The position numbers and the translations under genes are program-made. 64,000 nt of DNA. It comes from an uncultured Flavobacteriales bacterium (lineage in GTDB: Bacteria; Bacteroidota; Bacteroidia; AKYH767-A; 2013-40CM-41-45). The stretch is from NCBI GenBank assembly GCA_964356415.1, contig CAYHHK010000002.1, positions 13,732 to 77,731 of the forward strand. The letters are read 5' to 3'. Numbering within the stretch: the first letter of the stretch is position 1; the number at the start of each line of letters is the position of its first letter. Below, in pieces: positions 1-8,131 of the stretch. Below the pieces are notes generated by a model that was not told the DNA's origin, made no database searches, and was given only the letters and a program-made list of their open reading frames with translations.

Positions 1-26
1 AGGCAGAAATTTTATGGCAGACACCA

Positions 27-323
27 ATGAAAAATAAAAGTAAAAGCCAAACTGATTTTCGCTTTGTTGCTGCACCTGCAATGAACACCTCCGCTTCTGA
101 ACTTTTTGAGCGATATCAAACCCTTACCGGGCAGGAGAAAAGGATATTGAAACTAATATTAAGAAACTTCCGGCAAAAGGCAATATGCAGGTTGCTTAAT
201 ATCCAACTTGGCACTGAAAAGACATACCGTAAAAAAGTACATGAAAAAATGCAGATAAAAGATTTCTCAGATTTAACTGACAGCGAACGTGACCTGCTTT
301 TGAAATTCACCCACGAAAAGTAG
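27..323 (+). CDS. LuxR/GerE-type HTH transcriptional regulator (small, 98 aa)
   Basis: Segment TGQEKRILKLILRNFRQKAICRLLNIQLGTEKTYRKKVHEKM has the spacing of a LuxR C-terminal helix-turn-helix (cf. consensus LTxRExEVL...G.SnkEIA..L.IS..TVK.H..Ni..KL). The ORF is complete. Confidence 0.4.
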   Translation: MKNKSKSQTDFRFVAAPAMNTSASELFERYQTLTGQEKRILKLILRNFRQKAICRLLNIQLGTEKTYRKKVHEKMQIKDFSDLTDSERDLLLKFTHEK

Positions 324-404
324 CCGTTTACATAAACCCCTCCCCCTGGGGGGTGAGAAATTGAATTTTCAACTGTTTCCTTTGGCGAAATATATACAGC
401 ACCA

Positions 405-869
405 ATGAAAACACTTTTCAAACTCCTGCTCTTGTCTTTACTTAGTTACGGCACGAGCGCCCAGGTTACTTTTCCAAAATGCAATGATTTTCTTCCTAAA
501 CCTGATCCTCAAAGTTACACTGTGCCAACTCCTGAAGGCGGTACTACAGCCACTGCATTTCTGGCCGAATACAAACCCGCCAGAAATAAAACTCTTGACG
601 GCTGCATCATAATACTAAAAGCAGGAACTGTTTTTGAAATTGATATTCCTCTTTGCCTCGAAAAGGTAACCATACTGGCTGAAGAAGGCAGCGGGATAAA
701 AATAAGAAGCGGGCAAACACTCACTCTCTACAATTGCACCCTTGAACCGGTTGATACAATTGGGTATTGGAATGGCATAACCTATGAAGATAAAAGCGTT
801 AAAGTTGAAATGTACAACTGCCGGTTAAGTAGTATAGACAATACGGTTGCTTGCTTGCCTGGATTGTGA
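405..869 (+). CDS. secreted hypothetical protein with N-terminal signal peptide
   Basis: N-terminus MKTLFKLLLLSLLSYGTSAQ is a classic signal peptide. 154 aa with several Cys. No recognisable catalytic motif. Confidence 0.45.
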   Translation: MKTLFKLLLLSLLSYGTSAQVTFPKCNDFLPKPDPQSYTVPTPEGGTTATAFLAEYKPARNKTLDGCIIILKAGTVFEIDIPLCLEKVTILAEEGSGIKIRSGQTLTLYNCTLEPVDTIGYWNGITYEDKSVKVEMYNCRLSSIDNTVACLPGL

Positions 870-965
870 GGATGGCTGCGCTTTTCTTAATGGCAGCCAC
901 CTCCGCTTTTAATACTCAATTTTAAAGTAACAAAAATTGTGTATTTTTCTAAAAAATAAATTATT

Positions 966-1799
966 ATGAAAAATATTTGGAAATACTTGTTTCTTTTATT
1001 AAACACATCATCAACTGCGCAAATTACCCTTGATGCGCAAATAGATTCTTCTGCTTATCCTGCATTGTGGAGGATGGTTCAAATTAGTCCAACAGAAACG
1101 AAATACTTATTCCCTGATACCGTAAACAACACATTTAATCTGCTCAATATGGATTTTACTCCATTTATTTCAAATATTGCAGTGCCTGACCCTTGGGCTT
1201 GGACTACAGTTCAACATTATTCAGTGTATTATATCACTCGTGATTTATTTGATTGTGATACTTCAAATATTGAATTCGTGTTCGCTGCGCCACTTACTGC
1301 ATACAAGCCATTTAGAGTTTTACGGACAGATGGTACTTTATTATTTCAACTCGATAGTGCGATAGCATTTTTTTGCGGTGGAGATTGTGGTAATGGTGGC
1401 AGCGATTGGGTTCCTCCTATTCTTAATACTTCGGCAGGAGCAAAATTAGTGCTTTCTAAATTTAATTCGGGCAATGAAGTGGATTATATCTATTCATTAT
1501 GCGGAACCTTGCCAAACCAGGTATTTGACTTTCCAACTATTTCCCAGTCTTACGTCAGAATATTTCCTAATCCTTCTGCCGGGCTATTGACATTTCAACT
1601 TAATCTGCCTGATAACAGGAATGAATACGAATTGGTAATTCTTGATATCAATGGCGCGGAATTAAAAAGAGAAAAAGTGAATGTGCTAAGCAATACCTTT
1701 TCTATTGATGTAAAAGAATACAGCAGTGGCTCTTATGTTTATTCATTGTGCACAAAAAACAAATCATATCAAAATGGAAAATTTATTATTAATAAATAA
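966..1799 (+). CDS. T9SS C-terminal-domain (type A) secreted protein
   Basis: Signal peptide MKNIWKYLFLLLNTSSTAQ. The C-terminal ~85 aa (IFPNPSAGLLTFQLNL...GSYVYSLCTKNKSYQNGKFIINK) match the Por/T9SS sorting-domain pattern (PNP...G.Y......K....K). Confidence 0.6.
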   Translation: MKNIWKYLFLLLNTSSTAQITLDAQIDSSAYPALWRMVQISPTETKYLFPDTVNNTFNLLNMDFTPFISNIAVPDPWAWTTVQHYSVYYITRDLFDCDTSNIEFVFAAPLTAYKPFRVLRTDGTLLFQLDSAIAFFCGGDCGNGGSDWVPPILNTSAGAKLVLSKFNSGNEVDYIYSLCGTLPNQVFDFPTISQSYVRIFPNPSAGLLTFQLNLPDNRNEYELVILDINGAELKREKVNVLSNTFSIDVKEYSSGSYVYSLCTKNKSYQNGKFIINK

Positions 1800-1820
1800 A
1801 ATTATTAAGACAAAAATATT

Positions 1821-4208
1821 ATGAAAATTAAACTCACATTAATAACCATGATAGCTTGTATACTATCGGGTACATCTGCTTATTCACAAATATCCCATAC
1901 CGGCCTTAATAGAACAGGAACTGATCAAGTTGGTTATGATGGTTCTGCTGGTACACCTGGTCAATTGGAAATCAGAAATGATTTTTCAACTTGTGCTGCG
2001 TGTAGCATTGATTTTTACATTGACAACAACAAATTTCTCCAAGTTCTAACCGGAGGCGATTTGAATATAGTGCAACCGGCAAATGGTTATAAGATAGACA
2101 ACGATTTTGTTCTGCGGCATAACGGTATTTTATCAAGTATTTACGTAGGAATTAATGCAGGTAATACTGCCGGTGCAATAGAAAACACATTTGTCGGGAC
2201 CAACTCAGGTGCTGCATCAGGCACAACTGGTGTTGACGGAACGCAGAATACATTCATAGGGTATTATGCGGGGCCGATTACAACCGAAGGATACCATAAT
2301 ACCTTTGTTGGTTCACACGCAGGCTTTAGTAATATTTATGGCAATTCAAACACTTTAATTGGCTATGAAGCAGGTAGAAGTTGTGTAGGAAATTACAATA
2401 CTATTGTTGGACGTGAAGCAGGGTATTGGAATACTGGTAGTGACAATTCATTTTTTGGTAAAGCTGCAGGATTTAATTCAACAGGAACAAATAACTGTTA
2501 CATTGGTAATCATGCCGGTGGACAATCTTTAGGTGCAAACGCCAATACTTGTGTTGGCACTGCAGCAGGATATAATGATCAAGGAGGTAAAAACACCTAT
2601 ATTGGAAATCGTGCAGGCGTTCATATGGTTGGAGGTCAGTTTAATGTTTTTATAGGATTGGCCTCACAAAACTCAACGATTTACACTACACTGAATAATT
2701 CAATTGCTATCGGTTGTTCAACGGTGGTAACTGGCAGTAATCAAATGATTCTTGGCGACAATGCTGTAAGCGTAGGAATAGGATTATCTGGAAATCCAAC
2801 TGGCCCTCAAAATAAGCTTGAGATCGATGAAGGTAACACTGATCAAAGTGGGTTACGTTTTCGACAACTTACAGACATCAGCACACCAATTCAAAATTCC
2901 GGACCCGGATTGTTATCAGTTGATTCGGATGGTGATGTTGTATACGTGGATCAAATTGGCAACTATTGTGGCGCTTCTATTCCAAGTCCGCTAAAAAATA
3001 CTTTTGAAGTACCACTAGATAGATACAATTATTATTTCTCTGGTCAAGGAATTGGAAATACTGACGTAATAGTTGGATTTTCTTGTACGGTTTATCCTTT
3101 ACCTTACGCCAAATTTCAATCTTGGCAAATGACTACGCAAGGAGGAGGAATGAGTGTGGCTGGTAATTTTTATAATTCAACAAATGATCTTGTTGCAGTC
3201 GGTGGTTTGGGATTGTCAGCAAGTTCTCTTGGAAGAAATATTGGGCTTTTGGGTAGAACCAGGGAATATACTGGGAAAAATAATATTGGCGTTCTGGGAG
3301 AAACCGTGCCTGCAGCGACTTTATTGGCTGGAAATCTAAACGTAGGAGTATACGGATATGCGAAATGGGCTGGCGGACATACTTCAACACATTTTAATTA
3401 TGCCGTCGTTGGAGATTTGGGAACAGCTGTGATTGTGAATACACCTACTGCAACAGATATGGCTGGATATTTCAATGGCGATCTCTTAACAACAACTGCT
3501 TTCTGGAATCTTTCTGATTCAACGTTAAAGGAAAATATCCAATCAATTGTTAATCCAATGGATGTAATTAACGCTCTCGATCCTAAATCATATACATTCA
3601 AACAGCAAGGAAATGAATCCATGATTTTGCCCGTTGGAACTCATTATGGTTTACTTGCCCAAGAAGTTGAAAGTATTTTACCTGGTGCTGTAAGAGATTG
3701 CGTTCATCCAGAACGCATGGATACTTTAGGCAACCAAACTCATGCAGAAATAGCGTATAAAGCGGTAAATACAAATGAGCTGATTCCTTTTCTAATTGGG
3801 GCAATTAAAGAACAACAGCAAACTATGGAAGCTATGCAGGATGAAATTGCAATCTTAAGTGGTGGTGGGAATCGTCAAGGCAATTTTGGTTCAGATGATG
3901 AAGAAGTACAAACTAATGGAATCAATGTGCAACTAACCAATGCTAAAGCAATTATTTTAAATCAGAACGTACCTAACCCATTTGCGGAGCAAACAACCAT
4001 TACCTACTTTCTTACTGATGATGTAAAGAAAGCACAGATGTTCTTTTATGATAACAAAGGAACGATCTTAAAAACAGTTGAGATCAATGAAAAAGGCGCC
4101 GGGCAGATTAACGTTTTCGCGGCAGACCTCAGCAGTGGGAACTACACATACACTCTTGTTGCTGATGGAAAAGTTATTGATTCAAAGAAAATGATTAAGA
4201 CAAACTAA
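1821..4208 (+). CDS. phage-tail-fibre-like secreted protein: N-T-x-[IV]-G-x-x-A-G repeat stalk + Peptidase_S74 intramolecular chaperone domain + T9SS CTD
   Basis: Signal peptide. There are more than 10 tandem ~14-aa repeats (NTFVGTNSGAASG / NTFIGYYAGP / NTLIGYEAGR / NTIVGREAGY ...). An S74 'chaperone of endosialidase' domain begins LSDSTLKENIQSIVNPMDVINALDPKSYTF... (nt 3513-3530 encode SDSTLK, with the Ser-x4-Lys dyad spacing). The C-terminal NVPNPFAEQTTITYF...GNYTYTLVADGKVIDSKKMIKTN is a T9SS CTD. Confidence 0.7.
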   Translation: MKIKLTLITMIACILSGTSAYSQISHTGLNRTGTDQVGYDGSAGTPGQLEIRNDFSTCAACSIDFYIDNNKFLQVLTGGDLNIVQPANGYKIDNDFVLRHNGILSSIYVGINAGNTAGAIENTFVGTNSGAASGTTGVDGTQNTFIGYYAGPITTEGYHNTFVGSHAGFSNIYGNSNTLIGYEAGRSCVGNYNTIVGREAGYWNTGSDNSFFGKAAGFNSTGTNNCYIGNHAGGQSLGANANTCVGTAAGYNDQGGKNTYIGNRAGVHMVGGQFNVFIGLASQNSTIYTTLNNSIAIGCSTVVTGSNQMILGDNAVSVGIGLSGNPTGPQNKLEIDEGNTDQSGLRFRQLTDISTPIQNSGPGLLSVDSDGDVVYVDQIGNYCGASIPSPLKNTFEVPLDRYNYYFSGQGIGNTDVIVGFSCTVYPLPYAKFQSWQMTTQGGGMSVAGNFYNSTNDLVAVGGLGLSASSLGRNIGLLGRTREYTGKNNIGVLGETVPAATLLAGNLNVGVYGYAKWAGGHTSTHFNYAVVGDLGTAVIVNTPTATDMAGYFNGDLLTTTAFWNLSDSTLKENIQSIVNPMDVINALDPKSYTFKQQGNESMILPVGTHYGLLAQEVESILPGAVRDCVHPERMDTLGNQTHAEIAYKAVNTNELIPFLIGAIKEQQQTMEAMQDEIAILSGGGNRQGNFGSDDEEVQTNGINVQLTNAKAIILNQNVPNPFAEQTTITYFLTDDVKKAQMFFYDNKGTILKTVEINEKGAGQINVFAADLSSGNYTYTLVADGKVIDSKKMIKTN

Positions 4209-4264
4209 GATGTAATTTTTTTAAAAAATTATTTTTGAAAGGAAGTTGAAAATGAAACCTGAAA

Positions 4265-4293
4265 AAGCCCTTTGGAAACGAAGGACTTTTTTT
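4265..4293. terminator. candidate bidirectional intrinsic terminator between convergent genes
   Basis: Imperfect hairpin AAGCCCTT-tggaaacg-AAGGACTT followed by T7. It lies between the stop of 1821..4208 (+) and the stop of 4294..5361 (-). Confidence 0.35.
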
Positions 4294-5361
4294 CTACACT
4301 TTTTTGCACTTAAGCAACGAATGCGACACCCCGATACCATCCGTTTGTTCCTCAATTTTGAATCCGGCACGCTCCACGCATTTTTCAAAAGCTTTTGAAT
4401 AATACATCTGGCTGTTGCCATTGGCAATTGCTGTGAAGTATAAAGAGGTCATCTGCAAACAAAAAGCGGATGCTTCAAATTGCTGTTTGTCCCAAAGCGT
4501 TTCCATAATATACACATGCCCGGTTTCTGAAACCGCATCGCGGCAACGCGTCAGGATGGAAACAATTTCATCGTCAGAAAAACAATCCAGGAACTGGCTC
4601 ATCCAGATGGCATCGAATCCACCGGGGAACTTCTTCTCCCCTTCCAGTATATTGTTTTCGAAAAATGAAATGCGGTGACTCAACCCCGATTCCTCAATAT
4701 TTTTTTTCGCCATATCAAGTTGCCCCGGCAGGTCCATGATGGTGACGTGTACTTCAGGATCATGTTTCAAACATTGTATCGCCCATTTACCGGTATTGCC
4801 ACCTATGTCGAGGAGATGTTTTGGTTTGTTTTTAAAAACTGCTTCTAATGCCTGAGGAAAAGCATGGTCAGAATAAAAATGGTCAAAACTGAACCAGCTC
4901 CGCTGAACATGAACGGGAAGCTTTGACAATCCCTCATAAACCGTTTTCCAGTTGCCGAATACTTTTAATCCTTCCGGCTTTCCGTTGCGGATGGATTCAT
5001 CGAGGCGAAAAAGTCCTTCATAACATACATCATGGGTAAAATCCATGTTCACTTTTGTCATCGGATCGTTGAGAATGAAATATCCTGTCTTGCTCAGGCG
5101 GAATTTTTCATCCTCCCACAAAAGCAAACCAATACTCAATCCGGCTTCCATAAGCACGCGGGCCCCGTAATGACTGATGTTGCATTTTTTTTCTACTTCC
5201 TCAATCGTAACCGCTTCAGGTTTCCTCGATTCGATGTATTCCAGTATTCCGAAATCCCTTAATGAGCGCGATGCCTGGAAAACAAATGGCGCATAAGCAA
5301 TCCACTGCGCATTTTCCTTAGCCTCCAGTGCTGATTTTACTTCTTTATTGAAAAAATTCAT
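4294..5361 (-). CDS. class I SAM-dependent O-methyltransferase (family 2, caffeate-OMT-like)
   Basis: LLDIGGNTGKWAIQCLKHDPEVHVTIMDLPGQLDMAKKNIEES is a SAM-binding motif I/II. An N-terminal dimerisation-like region is present. 355 aa. Confidence 0.75.
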   Translation of the reverse strand: MNFFNKEVKSALEAKENAQWIAYAPFVFQASRSLRDFGILEYIESRKPEAVTIEEVEKKCNISHYGARVLMEAGLSIGLLLWEDEKFRLSKTGYFILNDPMTKVNMDFTHDVCYEGLFRLDESIRNGKPEGLKVFGNWKTVYEGLSKLPVHVQRSWFSFDHFYSDHAFPQALEAVFKNKPKHLLDIGGNTGKWAIQCLKHDPEVHVTIMDLPGQLDMAKKNIEESGLSHRISFFENNILEGEKKFPGGFDAIWMSQFLDCFSDDEIVSILTRCRDAVSETGHVYIMETLWDKQQFEASAFCLQMTSLYFTAIANGNSQMYYSKAFEKCVERAGFKIEEQTDGIGVSHSLLKCKKV

Positions 5362-5715
5362 AGCGGGCGAAGATATGAAATGAACAGGTAATCAGTCTTA
5401 GTAAAAATTTCACATCCCTTTTTTAAAATTTAAAACTTAAAAGGATGTAAATTTTGCGGAAGCAATGAAATCCCGACTAACCACAAATGTTTCCTTCCGA
5501 CATTAACTATTATCAATGCATGTCATCCCGAATGGAGCCCCAAAACTTTGGGGCGTAATGAGTGATCTTTCAAACTTTTGGACCACAATAAAATCGAATC
5601 CCAACAGCTAAATGAAGAGGAATCTTACCAACTCAAACTGTTGATCTCCCGTTTAAACTTCCCACCCCTCAATTCAAACAAATTTCCCTAATATTGAACC
5701 CCGAAAGAAAAATTT

Positions 5716-7260
5716 ATGGTTTCAATAGGCGATCGTTACCTGACGCTTGAGGATTTAATTGCAATTGTTGAACAGAACCGTAAAGTTGAGTTGAATGACA
5801 CAGCTACACGAAAAGTTTACCAGAGCTATTATTTCTTAAAGGAATTTATCAAAGAAAAGCTGATCTACGGCATCAATACCGGATTTGGTCCAATGGCCCG
5901 TTACCGGATTAATGCGGAGGATCAGATTGACCTGCAATACAACCTCATCAGGAGTCACTGCAGCGGCAGCGGTGCCATGATCGATCCTGCCTATGTAAAG
6001 GCAACCTTGATCGCTCGTCTCAATACCTTGTTGCTTGGTTACTCAGGCATCCATCCCGATGCAGTGGTTTTGCTGAAGGACATGATCAACCACGATGTGC
6101 TGCCTGTCATCTTCGAACACGGTGGCTTGGGCGCCAGCGGCGACCTTGTGCAACTGGCACATGTGGCACTCTCCATGATCGGCGAAGGAAATGTGAACCG
6201 AAACGGAGCGGTGAGCAAGACAGCTGATGTTTTTGCAAAAGAAAAAATAACACCCTTGAAAGTTCACATCAGGGAAGGACTTGCTTTGATGAATGGCACT
6301 TCAGCCATGTGTGGTATCGGAGCGCTGAACATCAGTGATGCAAGGAATCTTTTGCACTGGTCCGTTGCGATTTCTTCAATGATCGTTGAACTGGTTGAAT
6401 CATATGATGATCATTATTCATCAGAACTGAACAATGTAAAACAGCATGAAGGTCAGCGTAAAGTCGCAGGCATGATGCGTGCATTTCTCGCCGACAGTAA
6501 AATGGTGAAGAATCGCGAAGAACACCTTTATAACAGAAAAGTAGACGAGAACATTCTGAAAGAGAAAGTGCAGGAATATTATTCCATTCGCTGTGTACCG
6601 CAAATTCTCGGTCCTATCTACGATACCATTGCAGGTGCGGAAAAGGTAGTCATGGATGAGATCAATTCTGTGAATGACAATCCGGTGATCGACTACGAAC
6701 ATAAAAACGTATTTCACGGGGGAAATTTTCATGGCGACTACGTGGCGCTGGAAATGGACAAACTGAAAATTGCTGTAGCAAAACTTTCCATGTTGTGCGA
6801 ACGGCAACTGAACTTCCTGATGAACGACCACCTGAACGGAAAGCTTCCACCTTTCGTCAACCTCGGCAAACTCGGATTGAATATCGGCATGCAGGGAACC
6901 CAGTTTACAGCAACATCAACAGTTGCTGAAAATCAAATGCTGTCGAACCCGATGTATGTGCACAGCATACCAAGCAACAACGACAACCAGGATATCGTAA
7001 GCATGGGCTCCAATGCCGCACTCATCGCTGCAAGGGTCATCAACAATTCTTTTGAGGTCATGGCGATTGAATTGATCTCGTTGGTTCAAGCAATTGATTA
7101 CCTCGGTATTGCATCAAAGCTTTCTTCTGCATCTCAGTCAGTTTACAATGACGTGCGGAAACTGGTTCCTGTTTTTGAGAAGGACTCAATAATGTATGAG
7201 CGTACAAAATCTGTCAGGGATTTTCTGAAGGAGAGTAAGAATGCACTAAGTAAAAAGTAG
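5716..7260 (+). CDS. MIO-dependent aromatic amino-acid ammonia-lyase (HAL/TAL/PAL family)
   Basis: Motifs GINTGFGPMA and the Ala-Ser-Gly MIO triad in GGLGASGDLVQLAH. Length 514 aa. Overall collinear with HutH/TAL. Confidence 0.85.
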   Translation: MVSIGDRYLTLEDLIAIVEQNRKVELNDTATRKVYQSYYFLKEFIKEKLIYGINTGFGPMARYRINAEDQIDLQYNLIRSHCSGSGAMIDPAYVKATLIARLNTLLLGYSGIHPDAVVLLKDMINHDVLPVIFEHGGLGASGDLVQLAHVALSMIGEGNVNRNGAVSKTADVFAKEKITPLKVHIREGLALMNGTSAMCGIGALNISDARNLLHWSVAISSMIVELVESYDDHYSSELNNVKQHEGQRKVAGMMRAFLADSKMVKNREEHLYNRKVDENILKEKVQEYYSIRCVPQILGPIYDTIAGAEKVVMDEINSVNDNPVIDYEHKNVFHGGNFHGDYVALEMDKLKIAVAKLSMLCERQLNFLMNDHLNGKLPPFVNLGKLGLNIGMQGTQFTATSTVAENQMLSNPMYVHSIPSNNDNQDIVSMGSNAALIAARVINNSFEVMAIELISLVQAIDYLGIASKLSSASQSVYNDVRKLVPVFEKDSIMYERTKSVRDFLKESKNALSKK

Positions 7261-7317
7261 GCGGCTGTTAACTAATCAACTTAATCAACATATTCAACCC
7301 ACTCAACTTTTCTAAAA
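7261..7317 (+). promoter_or_regulatory. period-9 CA-rich tandem repeats in the 5' leader of the KR gene
   Basis: ctaATCAAC ttaATCAAC atATTCAAC ccaCTCAAC ttttctaaaaATG. Confidence 0.5.
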
Positions 7318-8046
7318 ATGAAAGTCGCATTAGTTACAGGAGGATCAAGAGGAATCGGCAGGGCAATCTGCGTAAAGCTTGCCGAGCTTGGATATTATGT
7401 ACTGATCAATTACCAGTCAAACAAAGCAGCTGCGGAAGAAACACTGGCCGAAGTAAAAGCAAAAGGAAGTGACGGAGAACTGATGATGTTTGACGTTGCC
7501 GAAGAAACGCAGGTACAATCCGTACTTGGAAGCTGGCTTGAGAACCATAAAGAAAACGCAATTGAAATCCTGGTAAATAATGCAGGAATTAAAAACGACA
7601 CGTTGCTGATGTGGATGAGCACAAAGCAATGGAAAGATGTGCTGAATACAAGCATGGACGGATTCTTCAACGTAACCAAACTCGTAGTACAGGGCATGCT
7701 CGTTAAGAAGTACGGAAGAATTGTAAACGTAGTATCTTTGTCAGGATTGAAAGGAATGCCCGGACAGGCAAATTACTCAGCCGCTAAAGCCGGAGTCATT
7801 GGTGCCACAAAAGCACTGGCGCAGGAAGTAGGAAGAAGAAATATTACAGTGAATGCAGTTGCACCCGGGTTTATCAGAACAGACATGACAAAAGATATTG
7901 ACGAGAAAAGTTTCAAGCAACTGATACCTGTCGCGCGTTTCGGAAATCCGGAAGAAGTAGCGGAAGCGGTTTGCTTTCTCGCTTCTGAAAAGGCATCGTA
8001 CATTACAGGTGTGGTGCTGAATGTAAATGGAGGACTTTATACATAA
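7318..8046 (+). CDS. fabG: 3-oxoacyl-[ACP] reductase-type SDR (FabG-like ketoreductase)
   Basis: TGGSRGIGRAI Rossmann motif, NNAGI, and the catalytic YSAAKAG (YxxxK). 242 aa. Confidence 0.8.
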   Translation: MKVALVTGGSRGIGRAICVKLAELGYYVLINYQSNKAAAEETLAEVKAKGSDGELMMFDVAEETQVQSVLGSWLENHKENAIEILVNNAGIKNDTLLMWMSTKQWKDVLNTSMDGFFNVTKLVVQGMLVKKYGRIVNVVSLSGLKGMPGQANYSAAKAGVIGATKALAQEVGRRNITVNAVAPGFIRTDMTKDIDEKSFKQLIPVARFGNPEEVAEAVCFLASEKASYITGVVLNVNGGLYT

Positions 8047-8053
8047 AAAGTAA

Positions 8054-8131
8054 AAAAGGTAATTGTGGTAATTGGTGTTATACAGTTTTGACTTAATTAC
8101 CTTAATTACCCATTCAACCAATAACTAAAGA
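8054..8131 (+). promoter_or_regulatory. inverted pair of tandem repeats (GGTAATTG x2 ... TAATTACC x2) plus ATTCAACC in the KAS leader
   Basis: ggtaattgtggtaattgg-N19-ttaattaccttaattacc cattcaacc, with 9-nt periodicity. Confidence 0.5.

Noticed and set aside
116-421. Antisense or embedded ORFs overlapping well-supported genes (this one and many others listed in the track, e.g. 3133..3390, 6421..6831, 13962..14198, 25169..25489, 30709..31302, 40781..41197, 49637..50263, 61839..62180).
   Set aside because: They lie within, and opposite or out of frame to, long genes with clear homology-type motifs. Their compositions are low-complexity and they have no signal or motif support. They are typical spurious ORFs of a six-frame scan.
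867-920. Hairpin after 405..869 as a terminator.
   Set aside because: It has only a 7-bp stem with a ~13-nt loop and no T-run. It is too weak to call.
5716-7260. Calling the ammonia-lyase hutH outright, which would make this a hut operon.
   Set aside because: The neighbours are KR, KAS and OMT rather than hutI/hutG, and hutU is 26 kb away. It is left as a family-level call with the specificity question raised as a finding.
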